In this document: positions 21,012 to 33,999 of the stretch, in pieces
Layout: the number at the start of each line of letters is the position of its first letter
How positions within the stretch are numbered: the stretch's first letter is position 1
Origin: Paraphysomonas bandaiensis
Taxonomy: Eukaryota; Protista; Chrysophyceae
Direction: 5' to 3'
DNA length: 64,000 bases
Assembly (NCBI GenBank): GCA_965644295.1
Contig: CBFFRP010000389.1
Span: 15,310-79,309, forward strand
Position numbers and translations under genes: made by a program
The notes under the pieces: model-generated
Told to the model about the DNA's origin: nothing
Databases searched by the model: none
What the model saw: the letters and a program-made list of their open reading frames with translations, nothing else

Positions 21012-24000
21012 TCATGAATTCATAACACACCTGAGAAGATATATACTGACACTGTAGAGATAATTCAAACACATTCTTACCGATTTACTCTGCAGTGGTC
21101 TATCAGGTCTTTCCATACATCACCTCCGCGTTTCAATTGCTTAACATCCCCCACTATCCATAGTGCATACTTTGCACGAGTGAGCGCGACATTAAGTCGT
21201 TGCCACTCACTCATGAAACCTACGCCTTTGTTACTATCCAACGCACCCCGTGTATCACCTTTAACTGTTCGAACACAGGAGAAAATAATTATGTCCATTT
21301 CTCGCCCTTGGAAACCTAACTACACATTACAGTTGTAATACTAGCACGTTCCATAATATACCCACCGTCCACGGTAGATATTTCTACCTTCCCACGAAAA
21401 TAATCAGATCTGCCACTGACTCCACCCATCTGGGGACCATATTTCGATCTGAATATTCTTCTCAAATATTGCTGCTGTGCTTTATAAGCCGCTATGATTC
21501 CCACTCCACCAGAGCAATTTCTCGCATACTTTGACCTTATTTCGGCAAAGAGATTTAGTATAAAATCCCCCTATAACATATACTTGAGAAATCTTGAATG
21601 TATAACTCAGGTACATACCTCAACTTTATTACAATAGCTGGTGCCAACTAATTCTTGCCGACCACGCCATATATTGTGCAATACCAGTGGACGAAATTTT
21701 CCAGATGGATGATCATGATATGGTTTCCAATGTGAGCCGGGTAAACCATCTGGTTTTGTTTTCATTCGCGCATCGTCCACAAGTCGACCACCGTAGAAGC
21801 GGCGAGAAGGAAACAGAGATATTTCGGGGTGCATTCTGTATTGAGTTTCCAACATTAATTTAGGGTAACCTGCTAAGTTTAAGCGCTAAGAAAAGTTGTA
21901 AGCGAAGAAGGAACCACATGATTGACTAATCTTGCCTCAAATAGGCTTTGTCCATAAGAAAAATTTACACAACTTGAGCTCTGAACAGTTGCCCGTAGTT
22001 GGTTTGGATCCCCCACCATAATTACCATCTGCAGCAGACATAACATTAGATCTCTGATAAAATCAATATAATTACACTGACTTTTGGATTATATTTTAGT
22101 GGTATCAGAGTAGACGGCTCTACTGACTGCGATGCTTCGTCTATTATAACAACATCAAAACTGAAGGGGAGCTTCCCTTTCGAATTGGCAGAACTGGAGT
22201 CTCTTGAACTCGCAGTGTTTCCTCCCATAATGCACTCCAACAACTGCACCGATCCGGCACCACTTAGGGTACTGCAAACGACATCTGCTTCCTCTGCACA
22301 AATATGTCACACGCAATTCAAACAAAAACTAATATACACGATTACCCAGTATTATCTGGCGCAATCGCACTGTCCCTGGAATACGCGGTAACATGTTTTG
22401 CCCCCGACTTTCCCCGGAATGCTTGTGTGCAGTTTCCAGATCACGACTGCATTTCAGTTATAACGAAGGGCACAATGACTGCAAATTATCACCGTTTTTT
22501 TTCCACCAAGTAATCCAGAGTGAGGTCTAGAGTGTCTGTGTATTCACTGTCAGTCTCCGGTGAGGTAGATTTGGCATCTACAGACTGGCCAATACGAACA
22601 ATGTTAAGGTTGGGTCGACGCTTGCCATCTGGCCCCAACACCCCAACACGTTTCAGTCGGCCAGCTAACTGCACGGAAAACACTCAGATCCTGACAAACC
22701 ACGGGCATTTAATATACCTCGTCAACAGCTGTATTCGAAGGGGCGCAAAATAAAATCCTCACTTTATTTGACGGGGTGATACGACCTGCCGATGACACTT
22801 TCGTCCGTTGTCTCGACGTCAGTGATGCCCCTACGGTAACCTGCGCATGTCAGTGAGGTATATCTACGAAAATAAACCCACAACCTTCTGTCCAGACTTC
22901 TTGGGACCATCACCTGGTACGCCGACTTCTAGTAGCACAGAAATCATTCCTAGAATAGTATGCGTCTTGCCTGCATGGAATTTTCTCAAATTGGGAGAGT
23001 TATCAAATAGAAATCAACCTGTTCCAGGTGGTCCCTGCAGCAAAAGGAGGGGATACGGTGAAGGCACGGCCTCAATGGGAAGGGGTTTCGTGTTTTCATC
23101 AGCCCGGCTATCCATAACTGAAGGCTTGCCCTCTGCTTTCTCAATGTTAGCCTGAGGCCAGCATATGCTAGAAATTGCCTTCAGTTGGGACGAGTTATAC
23201 TGAGCTTGTAGTTCACTCCACATTGTGAACGAAATGCCCTCAGGGCAGGTTGAATCGGCGCAAAGCATTGCGCTCACGGTATCAGCATATCGAGATGGGG
23301 ACAACAACACATCCCGTAACTTTGGTCGAATCGCAGCCAGAGAGGACAGTGCTTGGCATTCGCGCGCTGAGGTCGTCGTGTTTCTGTAATACATTAACAT
23401 ACTAATACATCTCTAATTATATATCTCACCCAATGGGACGAAGATTGAGAGGTGTACCCTCACAAATATCACCCTGCTGAAACCACCCCCCAAGTTGGTC
23501 TGCATCGTACTCATTACGGCCTCTCTTCCGCGAATCAGTGGAAGTTGATCCTTGTAATACACTCTCCATACACACTACAAGTTTATAACTACTCAAATTG
23601 TCTTGACTGACCGCAGCCGTCTGCATGAGGTCACAATCTGGGTCCCAACCCTTGACAATACCGAGTGCTATTCTGCGCCATATCCCAAGAGTGTATTAAA
23701 CATTCTCTCTTTACAGCATGCCAAACATCAAGCAATACCTGTCTGTCCATAAGTCACAAGTAATTGCCAATAAATCTCCCGGTACATATCTGGATACTCC
23801 TACACCAGATTTGTCCCCATCCTGTTGTATCATGTTTACGTCTATAACCCACAAGTTTCCTAGCTTTGGATCGTCCGCTGTGTCCAACGCTTCAGTAAAT
23901 CGTGAGAGTCCAGTCACGACACTCTTTTGCCAACTCTGTACTGCCTGGTCACCATATCCGCGCCTATTATATTGGGCCGAGTAAATCGAGCTCACATGAC

Positions 24001-24978
24001 CAACGGCTCCAACCTAAAGAAATATTAGTTTTCTTTATATATATGGCAGCAGTATGTGTACAATCTAGCCGGCTTCATTTACATACCTTTCCCTGCATGT
24101 TGCCTAAACCGAAGAGCACAGATGACATCCATGCTCGACATTCCTCCATGAGCAGTAAAAAGAACGTACGATTATGTTCCGCTGGACTACAAATAATGAT
24201 GAAATAAAAAGTATACACACTGACGCAAGTAAAATTACCAGCTATACTCTAGAGCTACCGGCTTCAGGTACACAGGGTTCCAAAAGTCTGACCATTCCAG
24301 CCAGAGTGCGGATGCTGCAGACACAGGATCATTTTTTGAGGAGTCACGAAGCTCTTCCTGGGTTGTCACGGCAGTATTGTTCCTTTTATTACCAAAATTT
24401 CCAGAAGAATCGGAATTGCGTGGTGTATAAACGCATTTACAACGGAGAAGCATGCGATAAAAAGGAGACAGTGGTGGCCATAGGCAACGACGCCAGTTCT
24501 GAATGACATTATTCACCGGTCGTACTGAGGACTTTATAGGCAACGTACTAACTGTACTATCCCCTCCATTACGGTGGCTAGAGATAGCTTTGCCAGTGTC
24601 TACCGAACCATTCACATCACTGGCATTTAGGGGCACTGCAGAACCTTTGCTTGACACAGATAGTAATTGCTGTAAAGCCCCTGCTGTATCTACTTTAGTA
24701 CTTTTACCAATTGGACTAACAACAGAATTGTTATCATTATCATCTGATAGATCCATAGATTCTTGTTCATCTCCTATAGACTGAGGTCTTAATAGATTAT
24801 TCTCATTAAACTCCATTGAAACTCTATCAGAATGATTTTTATTAATCTCTTGACTTATAAGAAGAGAAGATGATGTATCTTCATCACTAGAAGTATCTCC
24901 AATAGATTCTCCTGATAGAATACTTGCTGTATCACTAGATGAGTCACTGATTGATTCATCTGATATATTACACGCCAT
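21012..24978 (-). CDS. Sen1/senataxin-like SF1B (Upf1-family) RNA/DNA helicase, many exons
   Basis: LLQGPPGTGKT, CAPSNTAVDE, ADVVCSTLSGAG, VVIIDEASQSVEP, VGDPNQL, SLFERL, LETQYRMHPEIS, TVDGFQGREMD, RLNVALTRAK; one GC-AG intron (21886-21935). Confidence 0.88.
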
Positions 24979-25534
24979 ATTCTATCCTTTGAATGAATAA
25001 GAATGATTTATAAATAAGAAAGAATATAAAGATTCATGATAAGAATGTAGAGTTTGTTATATGATGGTATGGACACGAGATGATGCTGTTAATGTGAGTA
25101 CAATCATTGGAATATAACACATACATATATACATATATATACATACATAGACATATACATACCGTACTATACGACATAAAACTATGTACAGTAGGATTCA
25201 CTACGGTACATACTGTACATACACACAGGTACATCCTACTGTGTATATACCAGAGTATAGATAGATGGAGATGACTGCTGTACACATGTACCAGTACATA
25301 CCAGACATGTGGACACAAAGTGAATAATTTTTTGTGGTTTGAATTTGACTTCATTTTATAGTATCAGACATAAAAAAATGACACTACGTCCTTTAATTTT
25401 TTTTGAGTTTATGTGTCAGCTTTTTTTTGTATGGAAATCCCTGTAAACATACCGCGGGCCACCACAACTGTATGTAAAGGTATACCGTATACATACACAC
25501 ATAGCTACATATGACTGATATACATACATATATA

Positions 25535-25680
25535 CGTATCAGCATCGTTTGTATATTTTTGTTCAAAGATGCCTCTAATATTGAGACAATAATTATCTGT
25601 ATTCCAGCCGTAGATATATGTAAGTATTATAGAGGAATTTTGCTTCAATTTATTTCCGAAAAGTGAGATGCTGACTGCCG
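25535..25680 (-). mobile_element. ~140-bp dispersed MITE-like repeat, copy 2
   Basis: Reverse-complement match to 15791-15928; short inverted ends TCAGCATC...GATGCTGA. Confidence 0.85.
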
Positions 25681-25755
25681 ATAGGTATATATATAGATAT
25701 GAACTGATCTCATAATCATCTGCTGTATTGCCACTCTATTAGCCTCATAGAAACT

Positions 25756-27498
25756 ATGAATCAGTGTTCATATATGTCGAATATATCTGCTCTTAATGAT
25801 GATGTTCTTCGTGTCATCATCTCTATGATCCCACACACGGCTGTCCTTCCAGTGATATTAACTTGTAAGAGATTTCACGATATAGTATACACTGACAAGA
25901 GGAGAATAGAGTCACATACATCTCACTACTGTATGACCAACTCAATGGTCTCATGGGCTCTGGCTATGGGTTGCTCATACATACCGCTAGTGTATACATG
26001 TGCACGATACGGCAGACTACAGCAGCTGGAGCATATCATGAGCCACATATACACACATACATATATACGGGACCTCACACACATATGGGATAAGGAGTTG
26101 TCTCATCATCTTTCACACACTGCTGCTTATGGTGGGCACTTGGATGTTCTGAAGTGGCTACGTTCTCAGGACCCTCCATGTCCATGGGATGAAGAAACTT
26201 GCCATAATGCTGCTATTGGTGGACACTTGGATGTTTTGAAGTGGCTTCGTTCTCAGGACCCTCCATGTCCATGGGGTGAATTGACTTGCAGTGTTGCTGC
26301 ACAGGGTGGACATTTGGATGTTCTGCAGTGGCTTCGTTCTCAGGACCCTCCATGTCTATGGGGTGAATGGACTTGCAGCGCTGCAGCAAGGGGCGGACAC
26401 TTGAATATTCTGCATTGGCTTCGTTCACAGGAGCCTCCATGTCCATGGGGTGAATGGACTTGCAGGGCTGCTGCACAGGATGGACATTTGGATATTCTTA
26501 AGTGGCTTCGTTCACAGGAGCCTCCATGTCCATGGGATGAATGGACTTGCAGGAGTACTGCACAGGATGGACACTTGGATATTCTGCAGTGGCTTCGTTC
26601 TCAGGACCCCCCATGTCCATGGGATGAATGGACTTGCAGTGCAGCCGCAGAGGGTGGCCACTTGGATATTCTGCATTGGCTTCGTTCACAGGAGCCTCCA
26701 TGTCCATGGGATAAAGAAAGTTGCAGTGCTGCAGTAAGGGGTGGACACTTGGATGTTTTGAAATGGCTTCGATCACAGGACCCTCCATGTCCATGGGATA
26801 AAGAAAGTTGCAGTGCTGCAGCAAGGGCTGGACACTTGGACATTTTGCAGTGGCTTCGTTCTCAGGACCCTCCATGTCCATGGGATGAAGAGAGTTGCTG
26901 GATAGTTGCAGAGGGTGGACACTTAAATATACTGCAGTGGCTTCGTTCACAGGACCCTCTGTGTTCTTGGAATGAATGGACTTCTCTCAGTGTTACATTG
27001 GATGGACACTTAGATATTCTGCAATGGCTTCGATCACTGGACCCTCCATGTCCATGGGATAAAAATAATTGCAGGGCTGCAGCAGAGAATGGTCACTTGG
27101 ATATTCTGAAGTGGCTTCGTTCTCAGGACCCTCCATGTCCATGGGGTGAAGACACTTGCAGCGCTGCAGCAAGGGGTGGACACTTGGATGTTTTGAAATG
27201 GCTTCGTTCACAGGATCCTCCATGTCCATGGGATGAAGAGAGTTGCAGCGCAGCTGCAGGGGAAGGACACTTGGATATTCTGCAGTGGCTTTGTTCTCAG
27301 GACCCTCCATGTCCATGGGATGAAGAGAGTTGCAGCGCAGCTGCAGAGGGTGGACACTTGGATGTTCTGAAGTGGCTTCGTTCACAGGACCCTCCATGTC
27401 CATGGAATAAAGATACTTGCGCAGCTGCAGAGGAAGGACACTTAGATATTCTGCATTGGCTTCGTTCACAGGACCCTCCATGTCCATGGAGTGAATAG
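25756..27498 (+). CDS. F-box-like + 16 x 29-aa ankyrin-type repeat protein (GHLDxLxWLRSQDPPCPW type), intronless
   Basis: N-terminal ALNDDVLRVIISMI...TCKRFHDIV (F-box-like); 87-bp tandem units from ~26131 to 27495. Confidence 0.85.
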   Translation: MNQCSYMSNISALNDDVLRVIISMIPHTAVLPVILTCKRFHDIVYTDKRRIESHTSHYCMTNSMVSWALAMGCSYIPLVYTCARYGRLQQLEHIMSHIYTHTYIRDLTHIWDKELSHHLSHTAAYGGHLDVLKWLRSQDPPCPWDEETCHNAAIGGHLDVLKWLRSQDPPCPWGELTCSVAAQGGHLDVLQWLRSQDPPCLWGEWTCSAAARGGHLNILHWLRSQEPPCPWGEWTCRAAAQDGHLDILKWLRSQEPPCPWDEWTCRSTAQDGHLDILQWLRSQDPPCPWDEWTCSAAAEGGHLDILHWLRSQEPPCPWDKESCSAAVRGGHLDVLKWLRSQDPPCPWDKESCSAAARAGHLDILQWLRSQDPPCPWDEESCWIVAEGGHLNILQWLRSQDPLCSWNEWTSLSVTLDGHLDILQWLRSLDPPCPWDKNNCRAAAENGHLDILKWLRSQDPPCPWGEDTCSAAARGGHLDVLKWLRSQDPPCPWDEESCSAAAGEGHLDILQWLCSQDPPCPWDEESCSAAAEGGHLDVLKWLRSQDPPCPWNKDTCAAAEEGHLDILHWLRSQDPPCPWSE

Positions 27499-27749
27499 AT
27501 TTGCGGCTTCGCTGCCGCAGATGATGTTCAGAGGTAATGTAGCTTCCGTTGCAGGACATGTCATGTTCTTATGCAGAAATATTACAATCTCAGAGTTTTC
27601 GCGTGTAGTGGATGAGCCATTGCATTTAATTTGAATCTGCCCCATTCCGAGGGCGTGGCCATAATGTAGGCTGGCTGGTGCCCCACCTATAACACCAAGA
27701 TATAGCACTAATTCTACTACCCACCCACCCATGTGCCAACTTAGCTGAC

Positions 27750-28090
27750 CATATAGATCACGCGCAGATTCTGTTGTTCCCCCCACCTGTGTTAACCTTT
27801 GCTGAGATTACGCTGGATTTCTCATATTTATGCATGACTTTTATATATGTAATTCGCGCAGATTCTATTAGGACCATATGTACCTTCCCATCATTACCTA
27901 ACAAAGATTACGCGGGGATTCTCGTGACCATGCATGACTCAGTATAGGTCTAGTGTGACATTGGCCGCCCCCCTCCCTCCCCTAGAATGCGCGGGGTTTC
28001 TCGTAATCTCATATAGGCTATGCAGGTATAGTGTAGATCTAGCTAGAGCTTTCTTGATGCCAACACACGAATAATACGCTGAGATTTTTA
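27750..28090. repeat. Degenerate clustered repeat motif (RCGCGSRGATTCT-like, ~6 copies); possible transposon subterminal relic
   Basis: CACGCGCAGATTCT, TACGCTGGATTTCTC, TCGCGCAGATTCT, TACGCGGGGATTCTC, TGCGCGGGGTTTCTC, TACGCTGAGATTT. Confidence 0.45.
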
Positions 28091-28718
28091 TTAATAATCT
28101 ATACGTTACTTAGCTTAGTCAACACTAGCACTTCACTAGGGTACGCTCTCAGAATGGGGCAACAACTAACATATTATGATTATACTGGTGTACTGGTGTC
28201 CGGCCAATCCAGATATATGGCTAATAGGTGTATAATACTATTTAGAGATACTTGATAATAAAGATGTGGCAACTGCAGTTTGTTGTATGTAAAGTTTATC
28301 TTAAATGGTACTAATTATGATCAATATATTCTACATTATTGAAAAATATTCTACATCAATAGAATGCCCTCCGTAAATTATAGCCTGTTGTTCCGACAAA
28401 ATACTTTAACAGTAGTCCGTTCTAAATGGAGACGTTTCATTCCGTACCGCTTGAATAACAAATACTACTATAACATATGACTACTATTTAATGAGCTGTT
28501 GAAGTCACAAAATCTTAGGAAAAAGCACGAACAGTTAATACTAATACATAATAGCAGTAGCAGAATATAGTGGTCAACGACAACAAAGAATCCTTTAAAT
28601 GCATAAAAACCTCAAGATATTTTGAAATATAACGCTATAATAAACTAGCTCACTAGTACATAGTCACGTTTTAGCAGGACTGCACATAACGCAACTACGC
28701 TTTTTTAATTTAATGCAC

Positions 28719-30779
28719 CTAACACATGTACAACATAACGGACTGAGTATCTAATTTCGTGAACAAAACTCCGCCGCGATCTTCTACTACCTTCATTGAG
28801 GATACAAAACTGTTGATAACTCTCAATTTACCAGACACAGATACACTGATTGATATATATCTTCTTCCATCTATTCTGGAGTCCTTGCTGTTGTCCAGTA
28901 CAGTATCTATGCATTCAACAACGGGTGCCATGTCGAGTGCTGTTACAATATAATTGACTTCGCTTCTAATGAAAACAATAACAGCACGATAATACTCAGC
29001 ATCAATCGTGCAATTCACAGATTCGCATTGCACCGGGATGTTAAGCGGACCTATTGAAGCTCGAATTACAGCACTGTAAGTATCCTCCTTGCGATCAGTG
29101 GGCGTCGCTCTTGCAGTCAAGTTACAACGGCACCCTGTTTCCTGAGGGCCTAAGTGATCATGTGGTGCAGCATCATTACGAGTACTGCGGGAGATACTAG
29201 TGTCATTCAATGCGCGTAACTGGCGTTTAGAGGCGTCGGCAACACGCGCCGGTAGAGTTGACGCTATAGTAGACTGAGATGGGATCGCCAGCGGTTTATT
29301 GGCAATAAAGCGCTGTATCATGTCCAATGATTCCGCCGGACGAGACAGAGGTACCATATGACCTGCGTTCATTACTACGAGATTCTGAAGATTGGCTGCA
29401 GTGCGCACGTACCCAGCTGGGCTATTGTCTACCACCCACGCGCCTGTACTATGTCAAAAAAGATTTTAATCGCCTAATATTAACTTACGTGTGCTTGCTT
29501 TCAACCACTGATCTCGACCATTCCAACGCAATTTATTGAGCATCTTTTCGGTTCCAAGGTGGTTACATATAATATCAAATTGTCCGGAGAAGAGAAGTAC
29601 TCGCTTATTAGAATTGAGCACATAAGTGAGCTCCTCAACAGCTGGCTTGCCATCCTGATGAGCAAGAGCATAATACGGTGGGTCTGCACACTCTTTGTAT
29701 GCATGTGGTGTAGCGGTCGCGTGCAATGCCTGTCTAACATCTTTGCGATTTAAGTATCGCTCGACCTCTTCGTGCCCAGGAGGGTACGTCGATGATCGAC
29801 TCGTCTCACGCACATCATACATTGTCATACGACCAGTCGTAGGAGTGCCTGTATTTGCCAATACATCATCCAATAGAGAAAAACATATACTGCTTTTGAA
29901 TTGCCCACGACGTAGTAGGGCCTGACAGTTCTTTTCCCTTTCCTTTAAAGTATATTTCTGACCAAGAGAAATGACACCCATCCCGTGCATGAAATCACTC
30001 ACATCATATTGATTAAATGGATCAATCCAGCCATTACCTATCGCTATACCCTCTATATTAACTACCACATCATTGGATCCAACTTTCTTGTTTTTTTCCA
30101 TGATATACTTTACCATAGAAGGAATGTAGTGACCAGCATGAGACTCTCCTGTCATATATATTTTACGGGACTGAAGTTGTCCATTCGATACAGACACATA
30201 TTCATTATGTAACTGAAAAAATTCCATTAACATCTTATAAAAATGACGATTGACTTCATCATCATTTTTTGGATACTTTGATTTCTTTGTATACGATAAT
30301 CCAGTACCCACTGGTTGATCTATAAATAGTAAATTCGCTGTATTATGCCACCCATATTTATTTAATACAACATTCCCATCTTTCAATTTAAGAGGCCCTA
30401 ATTCAAGAAATAATCCATCCATACTTGAACATCCAGGTCCACCATTCATCCATATAATTAGAGGGTCTTGTTTAGCATCATTAAGTGATTCAAAGAGCCA
30501 ATAAAAGAGTGCACTATGATCACTTTCAACATATAAATGTCCTGCATAACTGCGAGGAAAATTCCCAGAAAATAATGGAATATTTGATACAAAATGATCA
30601 TCTTTAGTTTGACTTCGTAAGAATCTATTCGAGTAATTGAATGTATGTGTGTTGTTATCATATGGAGAGATGAGGGGATCTGATGGAGTTTTATTATAAG
30701 TGTTATCAGGAAGACGACGACGACCAAACACTAACCAACAAGACTGTAAAATGAAAAGCCATATCTTCAACTTTGACAT
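28719..30779 (-). CDS. Serine carboxypeptidase S10 (Kex1-like), secreted; 2 exons
   Basis: Signal peptide; WMNGGPGCSS, FIDQPVGTGLSY, GESHAGHY, GQFDIICN, NAGHMVP; 45-nt intron near 29445-29489. Confidence 0.9.
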
Positions 30780-30884
30780 ATTTGTTGGAGGGATGAAATG
30801 CTTTTGGTGGCACTGCACTGTGGAATAGATCCAACCAACTTAACACTCTTAGCAACATACTGCATACATAATACAGAGGTATTT

Positions 30885-31205
30885 TATGTATGTATGTATG
30901 TATGTATGTATGTATGTATGTATGTATGTATGTATGTATGTATGTATGTATGTATGTATGTATGTATGTATGTATGTATGTATGTATGTATGTATGTATG
31001 TATGTATGTATGTATGTATGTATGTATGTATGTACGTATGTATGTATGTATGTATGTATGTATGTATGTATGTATGTACGTATGTATGTATGTATGTATG
31101 TATGTATGTATGTATGTATGTATGTATGTATGTATGTATGTATGTATGTATGTATGTATGTAGATGTATGTATGTATGTATGTATGTATGTATGTAGATG
31201 TATGT
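30885..31205 (-). repeat. (TACA)n/(TGTA)n microsatellite (~320 bp) in divergent promoter
   Basis: Direct tandem repeat. Confidence 0.97.
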
Positions 31206-31292
31206 AGGTAGGTGTGTGCAGGTAGCACATGTATAGCCGCAATTGTTATCCCCATTAAACACATCTGCATATATCATCATCCATCAATCTCA

Positions 31293-32774
31293 ATGGATAG
31301 AAGCGTATATCACAATAGGGAGTCAGTATCTCTCCCATGTGTCCTGATGATGGATTACAATGGATGGTATGTATGTGTATATATATGCAGTCATGTTTAA
31401 TTCATATCTTACAGGTGGGCTCCTTTAAACTCACTCTATTATTCTAGTTCATCAAAAGTATTAGTATCTCGTCATCCAGAAAGTACTATAGAAGAAATTG
31501 TAAGCCACTACTGTCCACAGTGCTTAAACAAATACATTGAAGATGATGTACACACTTATCGTAATAAGTGTCCTTCCTGTTTTACTTGCCCGATCTGTTG
31601 CAGTCCATTAAATGTAGTAGGATTGGATAAAGATTCTTGCTGTTTTCAGTGTGGGATGTGTACATGGAGATCTGATAGTAGTAATTTGACTAGTAGTGAC
31701 ATGCAAGGGCTCGAAGTTTTAGTCATGGAGAAAGAACGAGATGTATATAGAGAAGATGCTTTCAATGCACTTTATTCTTCATACATGACTGGGACCGCAT
31801 CTGACAAGCAGTTGAACTCTCCGAGGCCTGAAACATGGAACTGGTGTGATGCCGAATTAGCGCAGCAACACAAATCTCAGTCGATAGGGTTCGATCCTAG
31901 AGAGAATAATGCACTTGACAAAATGCAGTTCAACAATGAAAACGAATATATAAATTCCGTTGCAAAGGCTTCTCAGTTTTCACATTTAACAACCGTTTCT
32001 CAGCGACTGAATGGTCCTCATACGGCTCTCGCTTCAACGTTGTTGCCAGACCGCCTTCGCCTCCGCACTAAGAAGACGCTGCGCTGCAGAAAAGATTTCA
32101 TAGAGCGTGAGATGAATATTCTTGTGCAACCTAAAACGTTTCCTTTGGAAGGAGACTCTTCTCACAAACTCCAACAAGGGAAGTGGTGGACGAAAGATGC
32201 CTCCGCGATACACGAAGTACCTAAGCTCTCTGTTGTCCGTTTTAATTCTGATGTCGCTAAAGGCGTGGGCTTCCTTCACCTTGCAATTGCTAGCTTTAAA
32301 GAGGTTGATATTGCTGTGGCATTAACTGCGATTAGCGAAGAAGTGTGCAATGAGCGTGATGCCTCGTGTAGTGTTGACCTGCATCAACCATTTCGCAATC
32401 CACCTGTGAGAGTGCAAAGCCTTAAATCTACTCACTTGTCTGGATTTTTAGTTCTCAGAGCTTATGAGGATGAGTTGCTGAGGGACGAAGGTAATATTGA
32501 AGAAATAGCTGATTTTGCCTCTGAAAATGAATCTGGTGAGTGGGGTGTTGAGACCAGCCAAAGTTCTAGTGTGGCAAAATTATGTGTTCCAGTGTGTCTT
32601 GATAGTATAAAAGAAGACCCCAAAATGCTGGAAGTATTGTTTTCGTATTACATAAAGGAATATGATGAGCAATCAGATATTGCTGACGACAAAGAGTCTT
32701 GCGAGGCTATGAAAAGCAAGTCCTTAAAGGTAGATGTGAGAATTGTAATACCGGTGAACATGGAGTTGACGTAG
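31293..32774 (+). CDS. DCTN4: Dynactin subunit 4 (p62), 2 exons
   Basis: PLNSLYY, EEIVSHYCPQCL, NKCPSCFTCPICCSPL, FQCGMCTW, LLPDRLRLRTKKTLRCR, NILVQP. Confidence 0.85.
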
Positions 32775-33999
32775 TGAAGTTTTCCATTTCCAAATATAAT
32801 AATCATCATTAACAGACATATAGAGGCTGTATTAGAGTAGGTTCGTGCTAAAGTACTAGCTATTTTTTTGCGTACATAAATTTCCATGATTCTTATATAC
32901 TTTTATGAGTGTAACCCGCTCAACTAGTAGCTACTGCTATGAAACAATGTATAGATGTGATTAGTATATCCGTGCTGTAGAATATGATTACGATAACCCT
33001 CCATTATTTATATTCAAGTGATTTTGAAATAACATTTTGATCTTATTCTACTGTATTTTGAACTCAATCGATATTATTGCTGTGTTTTTTGATAAAAATG
33101 GCGGTTCTCTGATAAAAAAATTTTGTTCTTTAAAAGATCGTGGAGTTTAAAGACAATAAAATAATGGAAGTTGTTTGTCGACCATAAATTCATACTGTTC
33201 ACATAATGTTGATGAATAGTGAATAGGTCAACTGAGAGTTGCGCTTGGAGTTACTTGTTCATTATACAAGATCACAATTTATTCGAATCAGTCAGACCGG
33301 TAGAAGTAAATATACAGACAACAGGGGAAGAATTCTTCCTTCCGTACAATACAGTTCAATTATTTACGGACTGGGATCAGATGCAGCCAAAAACTTATGC
33401 TGCGATATATGGACTGAAGTTGCTGGAGACTGGAGACCCCTAGTATTGATCAACAGAATAACAACGCCATTAATTTGCTATTGCTATAGCTGCCTAATGT
33501 AATCAACTGCCCTCAGGAAGTAGACCTGTCAGATAAAGTGAATGAGGAGCCATTGGAACTATTGCATTAAAGGTGTGGCTATCTTGTTAGCAAATGCAAG
33601 TTGATTGAGGCGTTCAAACGTTCAAACAAATCGACGAAGTGCCCTGAATTGCAAATATTTATTCAAAAGGTGAAATGAGTATAATGTAAAGTATGTGCGA
33701 AATCGGAAATCATCAGTACGAGAATACAGTGAAATATAGTGATTGTGAAGTGTGAAGAGATATTTCAACCATCTTGACAAGGAGATTGAATAATACTAGT
33801 AACGATACAAACAGCCAACAAATATCAACTGATTACTGATTACGCAAAGTTTCTGGTTTCTGATATATTCTTTCAAAATCAAATAACTTCGAGCTAACCA
33901 GCAATACATTAAATAAACTGAAGTGACAAATATGCGAGTGCAGTATATGTACGTAACTGTATAAGTAACTGTATAAATAAGAACTGAAGGTGTAGTCCT

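Noticed and set aside
7723-24978. Introner-type (transposon-derived) introns
   Set aside because: The introns examined share no sequence similarity, TIRs or TSDs
26131-27495. Regular 87-bp repeats as a CRISPR-like array
   Set aside because: In-frame coding ankyrin-type units with no unique spacers, no cas genes and a eukaryotic context
30798-31280. ORFs reading MYVCMYVC / HTYIHTYI (also at 15584-16138, 56877-57389 and 63431-63998)
   Set aside because: Translation artefacts of stop-free (TACA)n microsatellites
33100-33800. Short ORFs 33219-33502 as a gene or transposase
   Set aside because: Interrupted frames with no recognisable motif; possibly an old element relic but not supportable
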